From a virus: a DNA stretch of 64,000 nt. The stretch lies in the IMG/VR virus record IMGVR_UViG_3300050144_000109, positions 84,451 through 148,450 of that record. The stretch is one strand, 5' to 3'. The notes beneath the pieces were generated by a model that saw nothing but the letters and a program-made list of their open reading frames with translations, searched no databases and was not told where the DNA came from. The stretch's first letter is position 1; each line of letters begins with the position of its first letter. The position numbers and the translations under genes were made by a program. Below, piece by piece: positions 56,876 through 64,000 of the stretch.

Positions 56876-57523
56876 TCAGTTTCCTTCAGTTTCTTCTTGG
56901 GTTTGGAAATGAGCCAGGTTGTAAAACCCAGCCTTGGTGAGAATCTCGTTGATCTGCGGGTAATGTAAGCCTGCATAAACCCACTGATCCATCACCTCTT
57001 GTTTGACTACCAATCGGTCATACTCTACAACCAGTCCGGTGCTCCACAGGCTAGCGCGTTGTTCAGGACTCAGTCGACACACTGCCATCAGGCGCACCTG
57101 TGAGAATACATAGGTCGCACCATAGAACTCAACTTCTTCTCCAGTGATGTAATCCTGAATCATGAGTCCTGGGTGGATAGCAAAGGGGGAAGACTGGTCT
57201 CTGGTCAAGACACGCTTGAGAATGCCTACAACCGGATGCGCTCTATGCTGACTAATGCCGATGACTGGGTAGCCGATATGCATCAGGGCCAGAGTACGCT
57301 CAAAGTCCAGTCTGGCTTTCTTGGAGTCTGCCTGAGCCTTGGTGTACCCGAGATCGTAGTGGTACTTTTCTTCTCTGGACTGGTTGAAGTCCTTGTCTTT
57401 CTTATTGCGGAATTTGGCGACTCTGCTCGCCACCATTCTCCCGAGTATTATGAACCAGAAGATCGAAAGGATCCCTCCGAAGAAGACAATGGCTACCATT
57501 TTGTAATACTGTTCGTCTGACAT
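56876..57523 (-). CDS. Hypothetical membrane-anchored protein
   Basis: N-terminal transmembrane segment VAIVFFGGILSIFWFIILG. Confidence 0.65.
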   Translation of the reverse strand: MSDEQYYKMVAIVFFGGILSIFWFIILGRMVASRVAKFRNKKDKDFNQSREEKYHYDLGYTKAQADSKKARLDFERTLALMHIGYPVIGISQHRAHPVVGILKRVLTRDQSSPFAIHPGLMIQDYITGEEVEFYGATYVFSQVRLMAVCRLSPEQRASLWSTGLVVEYDRLVVKQEVMDQWVYAGLHYPQINEILTKAGFYNLAHFQTQEETEGN

Positions 57524-57543
57524 CTCTGTTTCCTTCTTTCGTT

Positions 57544-57957
57544 TCAGTTGAATAAAAACCCGTAGGCTTTTTTGAAGAACACTTTGACTGGGTGCTTTTC
57601 CAGGTCTCGAATAGATTTGTATTTCTGAACGAGTTCTTTGATCTGCTCTTTTTCAACACCGTGCAGCATGATTGCATTCATTTCTGTCATCTTCCAAACA
57701 GAAAGCGCTATGCACGGTGCTTGAAACACAGTTGAGTATCTGTGCGCATGCGCTTGGAAATAATGCGCGTCATCTTGTCTCCAAGAAAGTTCGTGCAACA
57801 CATCACACAACACGTAGACTTCTTCTTGGTCACATGTGAAGACTTTGAAGTTCAGCTTGTCTTTGGATGCGATGACCATGGTGCCTGGCCAGATCTCTTT
57901 CAAGATCATTTCGATCTTGATGGCTGCGTTTGCTCTGATTGCTTCACTCAAGCTCAT
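57544..57957 (-). CDS. Hypothetical protein
   Basis: 137 aa, AGGAG SD. Confidence 0.65.
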   Translation of the reverse strand: MSLSEAIRANAAIKIEMILKEIWPGTMVIASKDKLNFKVFTCDQEEVYVLCDVLHELSWRQDDAHYFQAHAHRYSTVFQAPCIALSVWKMTEMNAIMLHGVEKEQIKELVQKYKSIRDLEKHPVKVFFKKAYGFLFN

Positions 57958-57987
57958 TTTCTTACTCCTGTGATTAATTGCAGTTTT

Positions 57988-58305
57988 TTAAAAGTAAGTC
58001 CACTTTAATTTATTACATACGCACACTAGCTTTGTTTGAACACCATTCACAAAGAAGTACTCATACTCTTTCCAATCAAGCTCTTCTCCATCTTTCGAAA
58101 ACTCGCCGATTACTTCAAAAGAGCCCGTGAAGCTAAACTTCTCCTGCGGTTTATTTTGGCGAGTGATGTAGAGTGTTTTATTCTTTATTTCAAAAACATC
58201 ACCGGGTTGCGTACGTTGATCTTCTCCGAATTCTCTCGTCTGACCATCGGTTAAAGCGATGCCGTCATCATTAACCTCTGTGATCACTTTGTTTACTTGA
58301 GTCAT
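57988..58305 (-). CDS. Hypothetical protein, first gene after an early promoter
   Basis: ATG at 58305 with AAGGA SD. Confidence 0.6.
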   Translation of the reverse strand: MTQVNKVITEVNDDGIALTDGQTREFGEDQRTQPGDVFEIKNKTLYITRQNKPQEKFSFTGSFEVIGEFSKDGEELDWKEYEYFFVNGVQTKLVCVCNKLKWTYF

Positions 58306-58372
58306 TTCAGTTTCCTTCTGTTTCATGCAGTTGGTTTGGGATGGAAGCAAGGGTCTAAACCGTTACACGAAA

Positions 58373-58399
58373 GTAATATAGAACCATAAAAAATTGGAA
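58373..58399 (-). promoter_or_regulatory. Putative early promoter, 27-nt motif ending in TATATTAC
   Basis: Minus strand TTCCAATTTTTTATGGTTCTATATTAC; TATATTAC is the phiKZ early promoter consensus. Confidence 0.72.
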
Positions 58400-59137
58400 T
58401 CAGATTAGCTCCAGTTTCCGATTGGTGTCCGTGTCCACACAAAACACGCTCATGTGAATGTACTCGATTCCGATTGCTGGAGCTAATGCCAGCTTTGTGA
58501 TTTCAAATAGATCTTGACCAGTCCTCTTGAGTTGTTTGTTTTCTTCTTCTGTGAATTCACGAATATGATTTACACGCGGGGTATACAACTTGACATGTTT
58601 AGCAGATCCTCTTTGCAATACACGCGCATGCGCATCTAACCACGGCTTTGGATTATACATGACCATTGCCAAGTAGTTGTCTGCAATGTCGCTCACGCTG
58701 AGGTTTTTCAAGTCTGTACAGTTGACCGTGATTGCAAAGATGTTGCCTAGGTATTGGGTCAGGCACAAAATAAGTTCATTGATTTCTTTTTGTGTGAACG
58801 CATACGGGTATGTATTTACACTGATCTCAATAGGGACTGCTGTGGGTGTACCCATTTCCTTTTCAGCAAAGGTGCAGCAAAGGTCCAGTACAAACAGGTG
58901 TGCTTTTGTGAGTATGGAGTTCTTGAGTATTTCTGTTTTGTATTTGTTACAAACTGCGTCGTAATTCTTCTTGTCCAAGTACCCTAGAGACTCACTGCCA
59001 AACTTCTCTACCTTTCTATCGTAATAGGAGAAGTCTTCTGAGAGCGCAAATGCAAACTCTGGACTAATGGTTACCAGAGCACCCATGCGCAGATCCAGTA
59101 GACTCTGAATATCGACGTATACCTTTTTAGCATTCAT
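58400..59137 (-). CDS. Conserved jumbo-phage hypothetical protein adjacent to the gp149-like gene
   Basis: 245 aa; VYVDIQSLLDLRMG and VNTYPY. Confidence 0.6.
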   Translation of the reverse strand: MNAKKVYVDIQSLLDLRMGALVTISPEFAFALSEDFSYYDRKVEKFGSESLGYLDKKNYDAVCNKYKTEILKNSILTKAHLFVLDLCCTFAEKEMGTPTAVPIEISVNTYPYAFTQKEINELILCLTQYLGNIFAITVNCTDLKNLSVSDIADNYLAMVMYNPKPWLDAHARVLQRGSAKHVKLYTPRVNHIREFTEEENKQLKRTGQDLFEITKLALAPAIGIEYIHMSVFCVDTDTNRKLELI

Positions 59138-59142
59138 TTCGT

Positions 59143-59820
59143 TTACTTTTGGATGAGGGTAGATTTCAAGTGCGCACCACGAAGGAATTGGTTGAGCGTC
59201 TGTGTAGACTTCACGCCTCCCGCATACGGTGCAATGGTGGAGAGATCGACTTGTCCTGTTCTATCGATGACAACGTTCATGGCGTTGAATCCTTTCTCGT
59301 CACCACCACGGTACTTGAGAAGCTCTTCAAGCGTCTTGTCCAAGCCCATGGCTGCCAGTAGCTGTGTTTCTGGGAAAGAGATCTTAGCACCCTTTGACTT
59401 GCCTGTAGGCTGACCAGTGAAGTTGTCTACAGAGTTATTGTCTTCAGGAATGGAAATCTTCTTTGAAAGCAATTGCGCTTGACGGCGCAGGGGTAAGTCT
59501 ACAATCAGATAAGGCACTGGGCTCAGGTAAGAACGGTTTCCATTCTTGGCTGGGATCCAAATACGCTGGAAGAACTTGTGGTTGAGTTTCTTGGCAATTG
59601 CAAAGTTTCTCTTCAAGTTGATCTTTGTCTTTGCAAAGTTTGGCTCCACTACAGCCAAGCGTGTAGTGCCTTGCTTGAGTGCGGTCATGTACTCATCAAA
59701 TTGTTTGTCATCCATCTTAGAGAACAACTCTAAGTAGATTTCCTTATTAGGTCCACCTGGACACATCTCATCAATCATGTCAATAATGAAGCTTTGTGCT
59801 TCTTTTCTATTCTTAGGCAT
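59143..59820 (-). CDS. Virion RNA polymerase beta subunit, C-terminal part (phiKZ gp149-like)
   Basis: RRQAQLLSKK, DNFTGQPTGKSKGAKISFPE, ELLKYRGGD (RpoB C-terminal TxQP..G..G..E pattern). Confidence 0.82.
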   Translation of the reverse strand: MPKNRKEAQSFIIDMIDEMCPGGPNKEIYLELFSKMDDKQFDEYMTALKQGTTRLAVVEPNFAKTKINLKRNFAIAKKLNHKFFQRIWIPAKNGNRSYLSPVPYLIVDLPLRRQAQLLSKKISIPEDNNSVDNFTGQPTGKSKGAKISFPETQLLAAMGLDKTLEELLKYRGGDEKGFNAMNVVIDRTGQVDLSTIAPYAGGVKSTQTLNQFLRGAHLKSTLIQK

Positions 59821-59882
59821 GGCGGGTAAAGCTCCTGTGAGTGTTGGACGGCTGCGTCTGAAAAAGACTCAATTGATGACTA

Positions 59883-59947
59883 GACATCATAAAACAAACC
59901 CTTCCTCTTTGCTAGCCGCGATCAAACGGTTATGCAAAGAAGAAGGA
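59883..59947 (-). terminator. Imperfect hairpin with TTTTATGATG tail
   Basis: CCTTC-TCTTTGC...GCAAAGA-GAAGG. Confidence 0.5.
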
Positions 59948-59967
59948 GTATGGTGCTTGTCTGTAGT

Positions 59968-60294
59968 TCAGCCTAGTTGGTACGTGACAATGGTGGAAAC
60001 CACCACCTTGTCGAAGGTCTGCAACCAGCTGCTGTCAGGACCATCATCAAACAAGCAGTAGCGCTGCGTCGTGGTTTTAATCCCTAACAGACCCAGCTTC
60101 AGGCGCCAGTAGCGGTTGATGAGGAAGCGCTGTAGCTTTGGATTGGCACCGTGTGCTTCTACCAGTCTAGAGTCATTGGTCCAGTTACTTGGATTCGGGT
60201 GCCCTGCTTTTTCTAGCAGTGTGGTGATTTCTTTCAGGAGATCCAGATCGTCATTTTGACGAGGCGTCGTAAAAACATTGGTCACGAGGTCCAT
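59968..60294 (-). CDS. Conserved hypothetical protein
   Basis: 108 aa between the gp149-like and uvsX genes. Confidence 0.6.
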   Translation of the reverse strand: MDLVTNVFTTPRQNDDLDLLKEITTLLEKAGHPNPSNWTNDSRLVEAHGANPKLQRFLINRYWRLKLGLLGIKTTTQRYCLFDDGPDSSWLQTFDKVVVSTIVTYQLG

Positions 60295-60333
60295 GATGAA
60301 TGAAAGACTTTCTTTGGTAGAGATGAAAATGAA

Positions 60334-61842
60334 TTAAGCTAGGAACTCAGACTTGATTGTGACTTTGTCGTCTTCAAGCCAATAAGGGTGGTAAGTATCT
60401 ACCCGCATCTTGAGCATGTCCATGGTGGACAGGAACGGGATTGGATGGCGGTCGTTATTGACTGTCCACCAGCCACGTGTATTCAATAGAATATCCCACT
60501 TGTATCCTTTTGTGATCAGATCATCGTAGAGTTGTTTCGGAGTGCAAAGCAAATCATCGATGTGGTGCCAGAGATGTGTCATTTGACAAAGCTCTGAGGT
60601 GATGTTCAGTGCGCGCTGGAGCTGGGGTGTGTTGTCAATCTTGCTGCGCACAGAGGTACGCGAAAGCTTCACTCCTGGGAGCAAGTCCATCTCATAGTTT
60701 TGCAGCGTGCCATTGATACCAAAGCGCTCATTAGACTTCAGGTAATGGAACTCTGTCAGAGAAGGCAGTACCCCTTCTTGCTGGGAAACGATGTGTTGAA
60801 GTGCCATGCCAGTAGGACCATTCTTATTGCGAATGTTGACTAGCGTCACAACAATCAGATCCGTATCACCTTTGAGATTGTCATCTGAGTCCCGTGGGTA
60901 TTCTGGACCCTTGGTGGTGTCATTGAACAAAGGAGTGGCATTCTGACACTGCCAGCAGTTTGATGTGAGGAACAAGAACTTGCTGGACACACCCTTGATG
61001 ACATCACCGTTCTTCAAGAATTGCAATCGCTTCTCAGGAGCAGCACGCGTGTCCATTTGAATGGTCTTGCCAATGTGTGCAGTCATCAGCATGGGGTTGC
61101 ATGCGTTGGCGATGTACTTAGGGACATCAGCCAGAAATCTTGTTTTGATCATGCCGCCTTTCATGAACAAGGTATTGGCACCAGAATCGCCCAGATCGTT
61201 CTCGTCTTGCATCTTGGCGGCAGACTCATCTTCAAACTCTGTGAGTGAATCTACTTCATCAAAAGTAGGGTAGATGATCTTCAGTGGTTTGTTGTCTTTG
61301 TCCAAGAACGGTGTGTCAAACATCAGTTTGGAAGCATTAGCGACTTTGGCTTTGAGCTGGTCTTTCTTTTTGTCATACCACTCACCAGCAAAGTAATTGG
61401 TCTTGTCACAGACACTCCAGACACCTTCACTGATGAGGTCCCGGTCTTTGAAAGCTGGGAAGGACTGTGAGAGTTGTACGAGTCGCGGTGTATTGATTGT
61501 GATCTCAGTGTCGTAAGTGCCCATGCGTGCGTGTGGGAACTTAGACGCAGCTGAGAGCATCATGTAATGCATTTCAGTGGATTTGAAGTTGTTGGCAATG
61601 CCGACGACTCCTGTGATGGCGCCAAGGCCACCATTGAGAATACTTTCACCGTACTTGCCTGTGAGAAACTTACCCGTTGGGATGTCCAGGAGTGCACCGA
61701 TGTTGAAAGAGACACGGATACTGGGGACTTCTTCCATGGCCGGCATGAACGAAAAGAGTCCTGCAGGTGCAGCGGATTCTACTTTGAAAGAAGTCTTTTT
61801 GGTAGTAGGTTCTGACTTTATCATTTGAGCCTCATGCGACAA
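60334..61842 (-). CDS. uvsX: UvsX/RecA-like recombinase (phiKZ gp152-like)
   Basis: Walker A-like GIANNFKST, YDTE, Walker B-like DEVDSL, TAH, RNKNGPTG. Confidence 0.8.
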   Translation of the reverse strand: MSHEAQMIKSEPTTKKTSFKVESAAPAGLFSFMPAMEEVPSIRVSFNIGALLDIPTGKFLTGKYGESILNGGLGAITGVVGIANNFKSTEMHYMMLSAASKFPHARMGTYDTEITINTPRLVQLSQSFPAFKDRDLISEGVWSVCDKTNYFAGEWYDKKKDQLKAKVANASKLMFDTPFLDKDNKPLKIIYPTFDEVDSLTEFEDESAAKMQDENDLGDSGANTLFMKGGMIKTRFLADVPKYIANACNPMLMTAHIGKTIQMDTRAAPEKRLQFLKNGDVIKGVSSKFLFLTSNCWQCQNATPLFNDTTKGPEYPRDSDDNLKGDTDLIVVTLVNIRNKNGPTGMALQHIVSQQEGVLPSLTEFHYLKSNERFGINGTLQNYEMDLLPGVKLSRTSVRSKIDNTPQLQRALNITSELCQMTHLWHHIDDLLCTPKQLYDDLITKGYKWDILLNTRGWWTVNNDRHPIPFLSTMDMLKMRVDTYHPYWLEDDKVTIKSEFLA

Positions 61843-61944
61843 GTAGTGGGGATAAAAAAGGTTTACGCAGTCTACCTAAGTAGAGATCAGATGATCTTGC
61901 TTAGGTATAGTTTTTTCTTTTGTTTTGGTAGGGATTTATTTATC

Positions 61945-62784
61945 ATGAAGCTTCAAATTGTATCGAATGATCCTTTGTCTGATCTTGGCAGGACGGTTCG
62001 GCTGGTGGGGTTGGAATCGTTCAGTTCAATGAACGTGGCTGGAATGTTCAAGGGACTGGTGAGCGAAGTCTACGAGACCTTCAAGTTCACTTCTGGGCTG
62101 ACAGCAGTTGAGAAGATGGAACCTCTGCCTAAGGACCAGAGTAAGTTCTTGAAGATTCTCAGTGATGTTCCCTATACCAGTTTAGGTGAAGTCAAAGCGT
62201 ATGCGCCTGAAGGTTTGAAGTGCACGTACTTGGAATTCCTAGAAGTATTGCTGGACGCCAGTGAATACGTGATGAATATTCAGAAGGAGCTGGTAACACC
62301 TTACGCTTTGTTCTTGGGCAGATTCATCTCGGACAAGAAGTTCTCTGCAGATGTGTTTGATGACAAGAAGTATCTAGAAGGTTTGGAGAACAAGCGTGAG
62401 GAGTTCTATAAGCGTTTTGGTGCTTGCTATGAGAAAGAGAGCTACACTGCTGTCACCAAGGTGAAGAAGGTGGTGGAGAGAAACGCTGATTGGCCGAAGG
62501 TGTTCATTCAGTTGAATCTGGTGATCAAGAATCTGGAAGCTGTGGACCGTGCAGTGTTGAAGAACCAGATCAAGCAGTGTACGGACTACATTGAGATTAT
62601 TTTGAAAGAGTTCAGCAGTGAGACGGATAGAAAAGTCTCTCAGGAAGCTGCCTACAGGCTCTCTAACCACGCATACACGATTGGTCGTGAGTTAGAATTG
62701 TTCTCGACTACCTTCTACCGAGCACTCGCTCTGAAGGGCTGTATTGAGAACTCTATGGAAAGTGTGAAAGAAGCTTTGGGTTAA
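61945..62784 (+). CDS. Putative head protein (phiKZ gp153-like) with N-terminal propeptide
   Basis: ATG at 61945 with AGGGA SD; GLE-S protease-type site; divergent from uvsX. Confidence 0.55.
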   Translation: MKLQIVSNDPLSDLGRTVRLVGLESFSSMNVAGMFKGLVSEVYETFKFTSGLTAVEKMEPLPKDQSKFLKILSDVPYTSLGEVKAYAPEGLKCTYLEFLEVLLDASEYVMNIQKELVTPYALFLGRFISDKKFSADVFDDKKYLEGLENKREEFYKRFGACYEKESYTAVTKVKKVVERNADWPKVFIQLNLVIKNLEAVDRAVLKNQIKQCTDYIEIILKEFSSETDRKVSQEAAYRLSNHAYTIGRELELFSTTFYRALALKGCIENSMESVKEALG

Positions 62785-62786
62785 TA

Positions 62787-62855
62787 AACGTCAGAAAAAG
62801 ACTCCCGACTACTCTACATACCTTTTAGGGGTTGTAGAGTAGTCGGGAGTCTTGA
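62787..62855. terminator. Hairpin between convergent genes, TTTTTCTGACGT tail on minus
   Basis: 21-bp stem AAGACTCCCGACTACTCTACA/TGTAGAGTAGTCGGGAGTCTT. Confidence 0.78.
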
Positions 62856-62864
62856 CAATTCAAT

Positions 62865-63890
62865 TCACTTAATTCCTACATGTTTATACTCTTTAGAAGA
62901 CAATCCGCGATCATCTTCATAAATAGCAGTCATCTCAGAGTTCTTGTGCCCTAATAAAGTCTGTATGTCAATGCCTTGTTCCTTGTACATGCGAGCGGAT
63001 AGGCTCCTAACCTCATGTAAACTAGGCCACTCGTCAGCGGAGTAAGCACCCACTTCGCAAACTTCTCGAATACATTCAGCAAACCGAATAGAAAGTGAGG
63101 ACTCTTCTAACTGTTCGCCATTTGTTTTCCTAAGTAGTGTAAATCCAACATTGCCAGCGTCTTTACATATTTCTATCACATCACCAAGCGACATGTCAAT
63201 TGCGGCGAGTCTTAATGTAAGAGGGATAGAGATACGAGCACCATACCCCTTACCCGCTTGCTTTTGCTGTTCGATTAATAAACAACCACCCTTAACATCA
63301 TCAAACTTCATCTTGACTAAATCACCACGACGTTGACCAGTCAACAAAGCCAATAAAAGCAAAGGTAATAACCATTTCTGACGACTACTCTTTGCAACCT
63401 CTCTCATCTGTTTCCATGTTTCAAATGACAGACGCTTTCTTTTGACTCTGTGCGTAGGAAGTTTAACATGTAAAGCTGGATTAGTTACCGCCCAATCATT
63501 CACAATGGCTTCATTATAAGCGTCTCTTAGTTCTGCTAAGACTCTTTGTGCAGTAGAAGTTTTATCAGGTAAGAACTCGGCTCTTATTTTAGAACTAATC
63601 TCGTGTGCTTTGAGATTAGTGATTGGGAGCATACCCCATAGTCTTCTGATGTGGTTGATGTTTGCTTTTCTATTCCTAAGTGTTTGTATTTTATAACCTT
63701 TCTCCAGAATCTGCTTTTCATGAATATTCAGCCATTCTGAGAGAGTTTTAATTGCTGGTGCTGGAGTAATCACAGGTTGTTGTATTTGGGCAACAACCTG
63801 CTCTACTGCTTGACTATTGGTAACAATGCCTACAGAACGTAGTGCAACTGCCATCAATTCAAACACTTGCGCTAGTTCTGAAGGAGTCAT
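62865..63890 (-). CDS. int: Tyrosine recombinase, lambda Int-like catalytic domain
   Basis: TGQRRGD (R), HEVR (HxxR), LLGH, AIY; C-terminus SLHEVRSLSARMY...YEDDRG closely parallels lambda Int TFHELRSLSARLY...YRDDRG. Confidence 0.88.
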   Translation of the reverse strand: MTPSELAQVFELMAVALRSVGIVTNSQAVEQVVAQIQQPVITPAPAIKTLSEWLNIHEKQILEKGYKIQTLRNRKANINHIRRLWGMLPITNLKAHEISSKIRAEFLPDKTSTAQRVLAELRDAYNEAIVNDWAVTNPALHVKLPTHRVKRKRLSFETWKQMREVAKSSRQKWLLPLLLLALLTGQRRGDLVKMKFDDVKGGCLLIEQQKQAGKGYGARISIPLTLRLAAIDMSLGDVIEICKDAGNVGFTLLRKTNGEQLEESSLSIRFAECIREVCEVGAYSADEWPSLHEVRSLSARMYKEQGIDIQTLLGHKNSEMTAIYEDDRGLSSKEYKHVGIK

Positions 63891-64000
63891 AGTTCAATAC
63901 TTACCGGCAGGGGGGTGGGTCAGTATTGGTTCCCGGCGCCGCCTGCCGTTCCCAGCCGACGCCACGAGCCAACGGCGGTCCCGACGCATGCAAATGCGCC

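Noticed and set aside
1214-62855. Intergenic hairpins as MITE/REP mobile repeats or integron attC sites
   Set aside because: Stem sequences are unrelated to each other, with no target duplications or consistent attC R-box ends; their placement at gene 3' ends fits transcription signals.
63930-64000. GC-rich terminal segment as a DGR template, att site or gene end
   Set aside because: Only about 70 nt are visible and no matching copy was found in the window, so it cannot be assigned.
1-64000. tRNA, rRNA, CRISPR arrays, chimallin or tubulin genes
   Set aside because: None recognised by eye. The nucleus-forming lifestyle is inferred from the core genes only; tRNAscan and HMM searches were not run.

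Overview
This 64 kb window is a segment of a phiKZ-like jumbo phage genome (nucleus-forming, Chimalliviridae-type), most likely infecting a Gram-negative host. Assignments rest on recognisable motifs and on gene order and size matching the phiKZ/SPN3US core blocks from memory; no database search was run. Core blocks: (i) terminase C-terminal half, three virion proteins, tail sheath and tail tube (1-11.2 kb); (ii) prohead protease, gp176/gp177-like proteins, virion RNA polymerase beta and beta' subunits, a 3680-aa tape-measure/peptidoglycan hydrolase and a gp182-like protein (29.4-54 kb); (iii) gp149-like RNAP beta C-terminal subunit, UvsX/RecA-like recombinase and a gp153-like head protein (58-63 kb). 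The vRNAP beta gene is split by two ORF-less group I introns with readable splice junctions; splicing restores a 1441-aa protein. An accessory island (11.2-29.4 kb) holds early genes, several ending in a similar PH-like domain, and a secreted-protein/OmpA pair. It also holds three collagen-fibre modules carrying polysaccharide-active enzymes (two SGNH esterases, one clan GH-A glycoside hydrolase). One of these modules has a C14 homopolymer just after its start codon and a -1 frameshift in its partner gene, suggesting a switchable host-range cassette. Non-coding structure: a 27-nt early promoter motif (7-8 copies) and about 20 long intergenic hairpins, many followed by a conserved TTATG(A/C)CG or TTCTGACG tail. 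A lambda-type tyrosine recombinase with a non-lambda N-terminus lies at the right edge.
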